Translations under genes and position numbers: made by a program | Shown: in pieces, positions 8,409 through 17,877 of the stretch | How positions within the stretch are numbered: position 1 is the first letter of the stretch | Layout: the number at the start of each line of letters is the position of its first letter | DNA from: a virus | Virus record (IMG/VR): IMGVR_UViG_3300025133_000026 | Reading direction: 5' to 3' (one strand) | DNA: 64,000 nt | The notes under the pieces: generated by a model | What the model saw: only the letters and a program-made list of their open reading frames with translations | Databases searched by the model: none | What the model was told of the DNA's origin: nothing

Positions 8409-9257
8409 TTAAACTCCTAACTTATAGTTTTCGATTATTTTTAAATAAGCTTTAGCCATTTTGAATGCCGACCATTTTTTATAGACTAACTCTAAACATT
8501 TATTAGAGCAGTAAGTATAAAAATCTTTATCTGTACTCAGTTCTTCTAAACAAACAACAGCGTCTTCTATTTTCTTGAAAGCAAGACTATTGAGTATAGG
8601 ATGAAGAGAAATTAACTTTTTGTTTCTGGGATGAAGTAGTGTTACTACAGGCAAACCACAAGCCATGGCTTCTTTTGGAGCTAAACCAAGAGAGTAGCTT
8701 AGAACAAATACTTTGCTTTTCCAATAAAAATTCCTCACTCCATCTTTCTCTACTGCGGGTATATCATACCCTACCAAAGGAATTTCCTTAAATTTTTGCA
8801 TTTCTTTTAAAAGATCAATTCTCTTTTGGTCATAGCGTGCTTTGTTCCAAATATCAGCACAAGAAATAAACCCAAATCTCGAAGTCACCGAAGGTCTCCA
8901 AAAGTTTAGATCTATACCATTGGGAATGTGATGGATACCTTTTTTGGGCTGACAAAGCATACCACCCTCAAGGGGTGAACGCTCATCAACAATGATAATT
9001 GGTCGATGAGTTGTAGGCAATCGATGATCAAGAGACCATCGGTTATGATCAATTAACAAAACATTTTGCAGATCAATTAACTTTCCTGCCTCTACAAAAG
9101 TAATAGAAGCAATGATTAAGTCATAAGGAGAGAGGTCTAAATCAAAATCTTTCGGAGTGGCAGGGTTGACAGTTATGTCCATTAGTCCAAGAGAATAAAA
9201 ACCTTTAGCTAAATAATCACCCCAGGTGGGATGATGCGGAAGAATCAATATATTCAT
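8409..9257 (-). CDS. Glycosyltransferase, GT4-like (GT-B)
   Basis: HHIPNGIDLNFWRP; SKVFVLSYSLGLAPKEAMACGLPVV. Confidence 0.8.
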   Translation of the reverse strand: MNILILPHHPTWGDYLAKGFYSLGLMDITVNPATPKDFDLDLSPYDLIIASITFVEAGKLIDLQNVLLIDHNRWSLDHRLPTTHRPIIIVDERSPLEGGMLCQPKKGIHHIPNGIDLNFWRPSVTSRFGFISCADIWNKARYDQKRIDLLKEMQKFKEIPLVGYDIPAVEKDGVRNFYWKSKVFVLSYSLGLAPKEAMACGLPVVTLLHPRNKKLISLHPILNSLAFKKIEDAVVCLEELSTDKDFYTYCSNKCLELVYKKWSAFKMAKAYLKIIENYKLGV

Positions 9258-10066
9258 ACATTAAACTTCCACTTCTTTTTTCTTTTAATCCAAGAAACGA
9301 TAACCTTTGGGTGAGATCCTGCAAAAGTCTGTGTTTTAAGACTACCTGGATTATAGACAAAACTTGACTGAATGTATCTTTTATTGCGAAAAGAACGATA
9401 GTTCGCATTCTCTACAGCAAACTGTTTCTTTAGTTTTTTCCCCATAGCTTCCGCGTCTCTGCACCAACCGTAATGGTTTACAAAAGCAGATACTTTTTGT
9501 ACATCGGCGCGAGCATAAAACTTTTCTGTATTGATATCAATATTATCAACACCAACAGCTACATGAGAACAGCCAGGCCTAGCAATAAACCTTACTTTTT
9601 GATTTCGACGAGTAAGCTTTGAACGCTCTTGATACCATTTAGTGTCTATCACTTGTTTTTGTGCTTTCACCCCAAAGAAATGCCTAAACTTAAATACAAA
9701 ATAATTTTTATCTCTTCTTTTACTTATCTCTATTATCTTTTTTGCTGTCTTTGAGGGCACTACTTCGTCAGCATCTGCTCTCCAAATCCATTCGCTTGTA
9801 CAGGCCCGCAAAATCCGAGTTCTTAGTTTAGATTCAGTAGAGCGGTTTAACGCCCAAGGATGCCGCAAAATAACAAATCGTCCATTTGGCTGAACTTGAT
9901 AAAACTCTTCTTGAAGATCTAACAACAACTCTAATGTATTATCAATAGAGTGTGCTTCCAAAATGACTATCTCATTAGAAAAAGCAAAAAGAGATCGTAT
10001 AGCTGCTTGCATTGGATAGTCAAGAATCTCCACATCCCTAACCCACATTACTGAACTAACAGACAT
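9254..10066 (-). CDS. Glycosyltransferase, GT2-like (GT-A)
   Basis: EIVILEAHSIDNTLELL, WIWRADADE (DxD), HYGW motif. Confidence 0.85.
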   Translation of the reverse strand: MSVSSVMWVRDVEILDYPMQAAIRSLFAFSNEIVILEAHSIDNTLELLLDLQEEFYQVQPNGRFVILRHPWALNRSTESKLRTRILRACTSEWIWRADADEVVPSKTAKKIIEISKRRDKNYFVFKFRHFFGVKAQKQVIDTKWYQERSKLTRRNQKVRFIARPGCSHVAVGVDNIDINTEKFYARADVQKVSAFVNHYGWCRDAEAMGKKLKKQFAVENANYRSFRNKRYIQSSFVYNPGSLKTQTFAGSHPKVIVSWIKRKKKWKFNV

Positions 10067-10072
10067 AAGTGA

Positions 10073-10411
10073 TTACTTTACTTCAAATTCAGCATCAACC
10101 TTGTCATACCAAGTCACTCCTTCACGAACTAAACCAAATCTTATTTCGTATTTTCCTGACAATAAAGAAAGATCAGCTGCTTCAAAAGAAGTGCGATAAA
10201 CCACTGTTTCTCCAGCAGGAACAGTATCTGCCCTAACTAGCCCTACCCTATAAGGTATCTTTATTTCCTTGTCTCCAACAAGATGTCTTATACGACAAGG
10301 CCTAATCAGTAATTTACTTTTGCTCTGATCTTGACCAGTAGTATTGTCTAGCTCAAGAATAAAGAAGAATTTATTCTTTCGACGATAAGCTTTGATTACT
10401 TTGAGTTTCAT
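10073..10411 (-). CDS. Small Ig-like beta-sandwich protein within the GT cluster
   Basis: Beta-rich, ending GKYEIRFGLVREGVTW, a pattern like GT-associated Ig-type domains (recalled, not searched). Confidence 0.5.
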   Translation of the reverse strand: MKLKVIKAYRRKNKFFFILELDNTTGQDQSKSKLLIRPCRIRHLVGDKEIKIPYRVGLVRADTVPAGETVVYRTSFEAADLSLLSGKYEIRFGLVREGVTWYDKVDAEFEVK

Positions 10412-11790
10412 AAGTCCATAACCTCGATAAGCCTCTTGGCAGAAAGATCATAATTCTCATTCTTCCTAACCCATTGAGCGGCTTTCTTTCCTTTTTTAAA
10501 TGCCTCTCTTTTGTGAGAGACAATATGACGCATTTGTTCTACTAAATCATCAGTATTAATTTTAGCATACTGACCAAAATCATCTGATCCATTATTGTGT
10601 GATCTTAAGAATTTAGGCAAGTCAGCTCGTTGTAAGCCACTTGGATTCACCCAATAAGCGATATCATCCTTGCATATTTCTGTAAGAGAAGACCAGTTAC
10701 AAAGAATAACGGGGAGTCCCGTGCACATAGCCTCTCGTGGAGGTAGGCCATAGCCCTCTCCGTTAGAGGGAAATAGGAAACAGTCGGCCCGGTGCATTAG
10801 ACTCACCAATTCTTTATGCGGCAACCTTGCATCTATAACCTCAACATTGCTTGGCAAGTTAGGCTTGTTTCCTCCCCACCCTCCGCTGATTTTTAAAATA
10901 AGCTTCACATCTGTTCTATTCCCAAAAGCTCTTTTGAATGCTGCCAACGTCAGAGGGTAGTTCTTCCTAGAGTTAGACCAATGCGCATTAGCTAGCAAGA
11001 GAAACTCAAAGGGTTTATCTCTCTTTGCTCTATTCTCACACATAGGCCATATCTTATGATTTACCCCCAAGGGAACTTTGTGGATAGGAACTTTTACCCC
11101 TGCGTCTTTGAAAATCTTTTTACAAAAGTCAGAAGGAACAATAAGGTGATTAAACTTATTGTTAATTCTACCGGCCCAGGCGCTAGGAACCTTTGTCGTT
11201 TCGAACATTGTGAGAATATATTTCTCTGCTCTTTGACATTTTCCATGCGTCCTGGTTATAGCTGGAGTATGATATAAAAGATATTTCTTGTAAAGGAAGT
11301 TTCTTTCATTAACCAACTCATGGAATTTTGCACTAGCTAAATGATTGTTATTCCTACGTGTAGGGACAAATGACATAGAGATATGTGCACGATCCAGAGC
11401 GAGAACTAATTGCTCTGTACTATTTCCATAACCATCACAAGGGTCGAACACTCCTTCAAATACCAATCCTTTCTCCAGAGGAGCTACAGATTGATCCATA
11501 AAGGCGTGGCCTAGTTCTTTACACAAAGCCGTATAGACATCCTCTACATCTTTTCCATTCTTCAAGCATCTTGAATAGTCAATTACATATCCAAAACGTT
11601 GTCTTTTGAATCCCATAAGAGGGATAATCCCTATCCCAGGATATTTTTGAGGTAAGCCCGGTGCTGGGTTGGCGAGAGCAAAATGCCAACTATACCTAGA
11701 GGTTTCCTCTTTTATCTTGTTAATAGCTGCAAAATAAATTTTATATAGTTCTGGGTTTTGTTTAGGAAATTGAATAACTACTTTTTTCAT
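10408..11790 (-). CDS. Glycosyltransferase, GT4-like, with N-terminal extension
   Basis: TMFETTKVP, LIVPSDFCKKIF, RKNYP, ADCFLFPSNGEGYGLPPREAMCTGLPVI. Confidence 0.9.
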   Translation of the reverse strand: MKKVVIQFPKQNPELYKIYFAAINKIKEETSRYSWHFALANPAPGLPQKYPGIGIIPLMGFKRQRFGYVIDYSRCLKNGKDVEDVYTALCKELGHAFMDQSVAPLEKGLVFEGVFDPCDGYGNSTEQLVLALDRAHISMSFVPTRRNNNHLASAKFHELVNERNFLYKKYLLYHTPAITRTHGKCQRAEKYILTMFETTKVPSAWAGRINNKFNHLIVPSDFCKKIFKDAGVKVPIHKVPLGVNHKIWPMCENRAKRDKPFEFLLLANAHWSNSRKNYPLTLAAFKRAFGNRTDVKLILKISGGWGGNKPNLPSNVEVIDARLPHKELVSLMHRADCFLFPSNGEGYGLPPREAMCTGLPVILCNWSSLTEICKDDIAYWVNPSGLQRADLPKFLRSHNNGSDDFGQYAKINTDDLVEQMRHIVSHKREAFKKGKKAAQWVRKNENYDLSAKRLIEVMDL

Positions 11791-13820
11791 TTTAAAGTCA
11801 AAAGCTTTTGAGCTGTAACAACAAAGGTCTCTGCCACTGCAGAGTCTACTGTTTGCAACAACTCTTTCTTAATTGTAACGAGTTCATCATTATAAAGATA
11901 TCCTTCAGAGGCAATGTCAAAAGCTGTCCCCAATTCTTCGAGATCAAATCCCTCGACTTGACCAAGGACTTTCTTTGTTTCAGAATAAAAAACATTATGA
12001 AGTTCTGTATTTCCCTGTAAGAAATAAGAAGCGTTAAAGGGCATGTCCAGCTTTTTGAGTGCTGGAGAACTTATCGTAGGCTTTCCATATAGCATTGCTT
12101 CTTTCAAGTAAGTACCCAAGTGAACATCATCTAATTGAATGTAAACATCAATCCCCCTAAACCATTTATGCATAACTGCTCTATTGGTCAAAGGAACAAC
12201 ATTAACAGAAGGACTTACAAAAGGTGCTTCGCCCGATGCCAAATCCTGTAATAGTGTTAACTGAAGGTCTTTCCATCCAAACTTTTTTGTTCCCTTTATT
12301 AAATCCTGTAACCTTGATCTTGAAACATTCTTAACAACACTACCCACTACAAGCTTGTTTTTGGTTGGGTTGTGAATTCGAGAAAGACTAACATTTAAAG
12401 GTAGGTCTACTACATAGATTGGCTTAGAAACTCCTGCGTCGATAATTAAAGACTCTGCATATTTAGATGTCACAAACAATGCATCATAGTCTCGAGTTAA
12501 TCGATTGATTGCTTCTCGAGAAAGCTTCCTCTCTTCTATTAGTACAAAAGCAAATCGCAGTAATCCCTGCGCTGGCATTGCATAGTTCGTACGAACAAGA
12601 GTGGAGGTTTTAAACACATCAACAACCAAGGCATCCTTGTTGTTTTGGGATGGATTAAGAGAAGCCTTGAAGCCTATCTTCTTGAAGATCTCCTTTAGAG
12701 ATTCTGCAAGATAACCTGTTTCAAAATCTGGCTCAATCAGAGTGAAGATATCGATAGGTATTTTCTTATCAAGAATAGTTACTAGATCTTTATCTAGTCT
12801 AGATTCAATCGCCTGGCCGACTTCTTGATAGGTAATTCCTTTCATACAAGCAATATTGATTGAGCACGGCTTGTAGAAACACCCAGCACATGGAAGGTCA
12901 CTAAATACAGCAGTTGCATTTTTGTAATGATTCAGCCGAGCCATGGGAGGAGTAGAACCGAAGACCCCTACAATATCTTTTTCAAGCGCACCTGCGATAT
13001 GAAGCATCCCTGAGTCAGGGCCAACAAAAAGACTACAGGCATTTACTAATGCAGACTTCGCTCTTAGGTCAAACTGAGAAACATCCCATGTGTTCTTATA
13101 GTCCCAGGTCCTACCCAGTCTTTTATTATGATCGTTAACAAGGAATTTTAAATCATTTCTGATGCTATTCAAATAACCAATAAGATGGACATACTTTCCA
13201 ACAGGCCATGTCCGGCGAGGGTCAACAGAAGCAATATCTAAGAAAACTAATTTAGTGCCATTGAGTTTGCCAAACTGTTTCTTCAGGATTTTCCCCACCC
13301 ATTCCTTTTCTTTTTTAGATACAATGTAAGTAGGCTTCTTGTTCGGAAGCCTAATCCCTACATAATCTGCAAACAAATCAATACGATTGCGAGGATATAA
13401 ATTCTTGTTTTCATGGGTAAGGCCCGCTGTCGTAATATCAGAAAAGAAATGGTAATCTTCTCTATTGACTTTTTGGAAATCAACAACATGATCTATATGA
13501 GGATTCTCTTTAAGAAGATCGCTCAAAACTCCAGGCTGTGTAGCATATGTCGTTTCACAGTTGGGGTAGAAATGCTTAAAAGCCTCCAAGACAGGAGTTG
13601 ACATAATGATATCACCGATACCGCCTAGCTTTCTCTGAATACAAACCTTAACAATAGATTGATCTCCTCCTAGTTGAGGAACAGAATTCTTTTGTTGAAA
13701 GTTCGGACGCTTTTGAGCCTTTCCTCTTCCACCATTTGTGACAACGGGGATTTGCTTTCTTGTTGGACGAGCTACTCCTCGACCACCGATACGTCTATTC
13801 TTTCTAAATACATTTCCCAT
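11787..13820 (-). CDS. GT9 (heptosyltransferase-like) glycosyltransferase fused to a second degenerate GT-B domain
   Basis: RKLGGIGDIIMSTP, LFVGPDSGMLHIAGAL, VFG, CAGCFYKPC; the C-terminal half has LFVTSKY and LKEAMLYGKPTIS. Confidence 0.88.
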   Translation of the reverse strand: MGNVFRKNRRIGGRGVARPTRKQIPVVTNGGRGKAQKRPNFQQKNSVPQLGGDQSIVKVCIQRKLGGIGDIIMSTPVLEAFKHFYPNCETTYATQPGVLSDLLKENPHIDHVVDFQKVNREDYHFFSDITTAGLTHENKNLYPRNRIDLFADYVGIRLPNKKPTYIVSKKEKEWVGKILKKQFGKLNGTKLVFLDIASVDPRRTWPVGKYVHLIGYLNSIRNDLKFLVNDHNKRLGRTWDYKNTWDVSQFDLRAKSALVNACSLFVGPDSGMLHIAGALEKDIVGVFGSTPPMARLNHYKNATAVFSDLPCAGCFYKPCSINIACMKGITYQEVGQAIESRLDKDLVTILDKKIPIDIFTLIEPDFETGYLAESLKEIFKKIGFKASLNPSQNNKDALVVDVFKTSTLVRTNYAMPAQGLLRFAFVLIEERKLSREAINRLTRDYDALFVTSKYAESLIIDAGVSKPIYVVDLPLNVSLSRIHNPTKNKLVVGSVVKNVSRSRLQDLIKGTKKFGWKDLQLTLLQDLASGEAPFVSPSVNVVPLTNRAVMHKWFRGIDVYIQLDDVHLGTYLKEAMLYGKPTISSPALKKLDMPFNASYFLQGNTELHNVFYSETKKVLGQVEGFDLEELGTAFDIASEGYLYNDELVTIKKELLQTVDSAVAETFVVTAQKLLTLK

Positions 13821-13841
13821 AATCCACGTTTTTAAGACTTA

Positions 13842-15815
13842 CTATCTATACCAGCAAACATTGATTGCTACGACACCAACATCACCATCCCAATCATCGT
13901 CGGCATGTCCAACAACTCTTGTTAACTTCAACAAGAGTGGTCCCATTTTAGGACTCTCAAGGTCTTGAATACCAAAATCAACAGTATATATTAAATCTTC
14001 AGACGTTCCCATTACCCAACCTGTTTTTGAAATGCTATCTACATTTACCCATACAGGATTTGCCGTCTGAGCATCTCCTACTGTATCATAGTTTCCACTA
14101 GCATGAGGATCCGAAGCATCTAGTTGCCAACGACTACCAGTGCCCCCAGCGGGCGCTTCAGGCTTTAGGGTAATGTAGACTCTAAACCTAGAAGGATAGT
14201 TGTCATCTTCATCCATTGGGACTGTACTATATACATATCCTGACTCTGCGACTGTTTGGTCATATAGACAGCTTCTCCAAACCATTGCAGGTGGACCGGT
14301 GTATTCTGAGTTTGCTGGAGCCGGTCCGGCGGCTGCTGCAGGCTTCATAATTTGATCAGCATGAATTGTATTGTTGGCAATAAGTTTTTCAAAGACAAAG
14401 CCATCTCTTGTAATTTGAACTACATTTCCATTTTCATCTTGTGTGTATAGTTCAGAATCTCCACTGTCATCTTTTGAATATACTTTTACAGAACCTGTTG
14501 TGGCACCAGGATCACCGCTAGATTCTTCTAAGACAATAGGGACATCTCCCTTCGTAACAAGTTCGTCAATATGAACTTCTACTTTTGCAGATCCGCCATT
14601 GTCTGCAACAGAGAATAAAGAAGAGCCTAGTCCAGCAACAGTATCTCTGATTTGTACTTGACCGATACCACCAAGAAGACTAATACGGCCATTTGATCCA
14701 GCCTGATATGCAGTATTAAGAGACCAACCATTTAGTTCTGCATCAAGTGCCTGGATGGCTGCTTCGAGGGTTGTCCCATCAGAGACAGTTGCGATTGGGC
14801 CAGAGTCACTATAAGTACCAAGGATGTCATCAGCATCAAGACCATGAGGGTTTATTGCTGTTTGGGCCGCGGACCCCTTAGAGTCAATATGAGCTGCAAG
14901 AGAAATAATATTGGAATCATATCCTGGAGCAACTCCTGCATCTGTATTCCACACCCCACCTCTTAACCGAGCCAGCTCCCACCGAAGTCTATTGAGATCA
15001 TCTTCGAGTGTTGTTACTGTACCAACCCTATTTAAAATAGTATAATCTACAGAATTATCTACACCCGTTTGGGGAATCAACTCATCGTAAACAAGGTCAC
15101 TAGTATTGGTCGTATGAGACAAGGTAATATCATTAGATGAAATTAGGCCTGTTGCATAGCTAGAACCACCATGAACTGCTAAAAGTGCTTCAACCATCTC
15201 TAGAACAGAGTTTGATAAGTCTCTATTCCCATCACAGTCAAGGACATAGTCATTTCCAAAGACATCTTTGCTCAACTGAGTGAGATTGAGTTCTGCACAG
15301 CTAAGTCGACCATCCATCGAAGTAGAAGAGCTAGAGGCAGTGCTATCAAATGCTTTTGATCCGATATAGGCTTTGGTATAAGAACTAATTCCTGTTACTG
15401 ATCCAATCTGTGCCTCTAAAGAAGCAATAGATGTATCAAGCTGATTAGAAAGCTTGATAAAGCTTTCTTTGATTGTCGCTCGACGATTTCCCTCAAAGAA
15501 CAAATACATTGTTCCTTGATCTGCAATTGTAGAATTGCTTAAAGCGATATTTCCATCAGTCCAAATATGATCACCACCCAAACCATAAACAGCAGCATCT
15601 AGAGAAGCTGTTAATAATGGTTTCTCATCATCATCAGCTCCACGAGGCAAAGCACTCAGTAAAGGAACAAGGGTGTTGTTGTGAAAATTTTGAAGTTCAG
15701 TTAGGTCCGCAGCAATCTCTACGAGAGAAGAGTTTAACTGTTTCATCGGGAAAGCTCCACCAGAAACGAGTCTTACTGACCGTGATCTAGGAACAATAGT
15801 TTTTATCTTTGACAT
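13842..15815 (-). CDS. Virion fibre/structural protein (657 aa)
   Basis: Coiled-coil segments plus a G/S/T-rich beta region; lies in the structural block. Confidence 0.55.
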   Translation of the reverse strand: MSKIKTIVPRSRSVRLVSGGAFPMKQLNSSLVEIAADLTELQNFHNNTLVPLLSALPRGADDDEKPLLTASLDAAVYGLGGDHIWTDGNIALSNSTIADQGTMYLFFEGNRRATIKESFIKLSNQLDTSIASLEAQIGSVTGISSYTKAYIGSKAFDSTASSSSTSMDGRLSCAELNLTQLSKDVFGNDYVLDCDGNRDLSNSVLEMVEALLAVHGGSSYATGLISSNDITLSHTTNTSDLVYDELIPQTGVDNSVDYTILNRVGTVTTLEDDLNRLRWELARLRGGVWNTDAGVAPGYDSNIISLAAHIDSKGSAAQTAINPHGLDADDILGTYSDSGPIATVSDGTTLEAAIQALDAELNGWSLNTAYQAGSNGRISLLGGIGQVQIRDTVAGLGSSLFSVADNGGSAKVEVHIDELVTKGDVPIVLEESSGDPGATTGSVKVYSKDDSGDSELYTQDENGNVVQITRDGFVFEKLIANNTIHADQIMKPAAAAGPAPANSEYTGPPAMVWRSCLYDQTVAESGYVYSTVPMDEDDNYPSRFRVYITLKPEAPAGGTGSRWQLDASDPHASGNYDTVGDAQTANPVWVNVDSISKTGWVMGTSEDLIYTVDFGIQDLESPKMGPLLLKLTRVVGHADDDWDGDVGVVAINVCWYR

Positions 15816-15822
15816 AACTTCC

Positions 15823-17877
15823 TTATCCCAACTTTAGTAAGAACCCCTCAAGGGCTGGAGATACTTCAGCATTGTTGGTTTGTAACTTAGCTCTGAATAC
15901 AATTGTATCAAAAGTCTTATCTCTGAGCTTATATTCCACCAGATATTTTTCATTTATATAATCTGCATCTTCTGCATTAATCTTAATAAGAAAGATTATA
16001 TTTCCATCATTGTCTAAAGTTCTACTATAGACAAGTCTGTCGGTATCTGATCTGCCAGAAAAAGCCGTAGACCCTTCGTAGACACCAAGTCCTTCTGCAA
16101 AAACGTCAGCACCAGCATAAGTCTTTTCGTCAGTCCAACCAGAAGGGTAACTATATCCTTCGATAAGTAATTTATGATTGTAAGGATAGAGACTGTCTTT
16201 AGATTTCAGATCATCTAAGTCTGTAGCTGCTACAACTGTTAGCCAGTTGTTTGTTGTTGTCTTTATAGTGTGTCGGCCTTGAGTTAATGTAACAACTCCA
16301 CTAGAGGTGACATCATTAATGGTTATTTCTGAAGACCCAAAATCTATTTGCAACCCATCTGTTGCTCGTATGTCTACAACAGTAGATACAAAACCTTCTT
16401 CCTCGTGACTCCATCCTCGAGATTTTCCTCGAACAGTTGTCTCAGAACCCTTTTCTCCTGTATTTCTCCAAAATACAATTGAATCTGTATCTAAATTGTC
16501 AACATCTGAACTTGAAATATAAAAGTTAGTAACTCCGTCATCTTTGTTTGTTAAAGTATACGAAGCTGTCTGGTTATAATCCAGAGCAGTAACCCCTAAG
16601 GTAGAATCATGTCCTACTGTTGCATCGCTGGACTTTACTGTTACTGCATCACTAAAATCAATGATGTTTGAATATGTAGCATTTTCTCTTTCAAGAGGAG
16701 ATATTGATAAATAGGTTGCCCCATTATCTACCGAAACATAATAAAGAATATCAGTGTCTTCTGGTAAGCTTTCACAAACAGAACAGGCTACCTTTTGAAA
16801 AGTCTTTTTGTTTCCATCACCATCTAAAACAGATAAAGGAGTTGACTCTACAAGATAAGTATTCTCAGTGTTGAATTTTGTTTTGTACAAAGCTAGCAAC
16901 TTAAGACCTATTTCATAGACATAGTTTCCATTACTGTTCTTGTCATCAGCCCCGGCCTTTGTAATCAATAGTTTAATAAAGCGAGCCTCGACTTCAGGAA
17001 AAGTCCATGTAGCTCCAGTCGTAACTAATTGAGTACTATTTGTTGTGGGGGCCAAGTCATAGTCAACACCATTCGAAGAATAAAACAGAGAGACTGTGAA
17101 ACCACTAACGGCTGTAGAGCCTGCCATCTGAATACTAACTCGGTTGATAGTCTTAGTTTCTGGGAGTTTAGCAACATAGGATACAGTTACTGTTCCCTGT
17201 GTACTTAATTGAACATAGTGTAACCACTGAGTATTCTCATCGGAAAGAGCCTTTATGGCTTCAAAATTATCGCCGGCCGCAGACGAGACTAATCCAGACC
17301 CAGAAGCCTGAATACCTACATCAGTGCTCTGCACTTCTCCTAAATCAATTCTTTCATAGTCATCACTGTCAATGTTTGCTTCTCCAACTGAGATAATTCC
17401 ATTTGTAGTATCAACAAAGGCAGTTGTCGCTGACATCTCAAGACTATCGACAGTTAAGAAATCATCACTTACATAATTAAAATAGCCCAGAGTGTCTTGC
17501 TCCATAAGTAACAAAGAGTCAATTCGATCCTCAACAGATTCAAGAGTACGGCGCAAAGTTAAGTAATTGGAAGACCATTTTTTGTTCTTGCTCAAAATCT
17601 CTTTTTCTAGATCTTCGATTGTTTCCCACAAAGCCTCAGAGTCTACTGTATAGCGGTGTAGCATTTCATTTGTTTTGCTCGCAGAGCTTTCCTCTGCAAA
17701 AGCAACACTGGAATCTTTGAATCTGAAGAGTGGTCTTTCTCCTAGTCTAGGATAAGTCTTTTGTAGTTCTTCAAATTCTTCAAGCAAATCATCAGCAAAT
17801 GGAACTTCTCCATCTTTGAGATGCTCTAGCAAAAGTTCAGACAATAGTATGTCGTTATATTTAGATCCCAAAGACAT
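15823..17877 (-). CDS. Virion structural protein, paralog C of three (helical N-terminus plus discoidin-like beta-sandwich)
   Basis: Shares motif order with the 1038-aa and 623-aa neighbours (see findings). Confidence 0.55.
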   Translation of the reverse strand: MSLGSKYNDILLSELLLEHLKDGEVPFADDLLEEFEELQKTYPRLGERPLFRFKDSSVAFAEESSASKTNEMLHRYTVDSEALWETIEDLEKEILSKNKKWSSNYLTLRRTLESVEDRIDSLLLMEQDTLGYFNYVSDDFLTVDSLEMSATTAFVDTTNGIISVGEANIDSDDYERIDLGEVQSTDVGIQASGSGLVSSAAGDNFEAIKALSDENTQWLHYVQLSTQGTVTVSYVAKLPETKTINRVSIQMAGSTAVSGFTVSLFYSSNGVDYDLAPTTNSTQLVTTGATWTFPEVEARFIKLLITKAGADDKNSNGNYVYEIGLKLLALYKTKFNTENTYLVESTPLSVLDGDGNKKTFQKVACSVCESLPEDTDILYYVSVDNGATYLSISPLERENATYSNIIDFSDAVTVKSSDATVGHDSTLGVTALDYNQTASYTLTNKDDGVTNFYISSSDVDNLDTDSIVFWRNTGEKGSETTVRGKSRGWSHEEEGFVSTVVDIRATDGLQIDFGSSEITINDVTSSGVVTLTQGRHTIKTTTNNWLTVVAATDLDDLKSKDSLYPYNHKLLIEGYSYPSGWTDEKTYAGADVFAEGLGVYEGSTAFSGRSDTDRLVYSRTLDNDGNIIFLIKINAEDADYINEKYLVEYKLRDKTFDTIVFRAKLQTNNAEVSPALEGFLLKLG

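Noticed and set aside
1975-13820. O-antigen or serotype-conversion locus, or a host LPS island
   Set aside because: No flippase, polymerase, GtrAB or other multi-TM protein; the cluster is coupled to phage fibre and holin genes.
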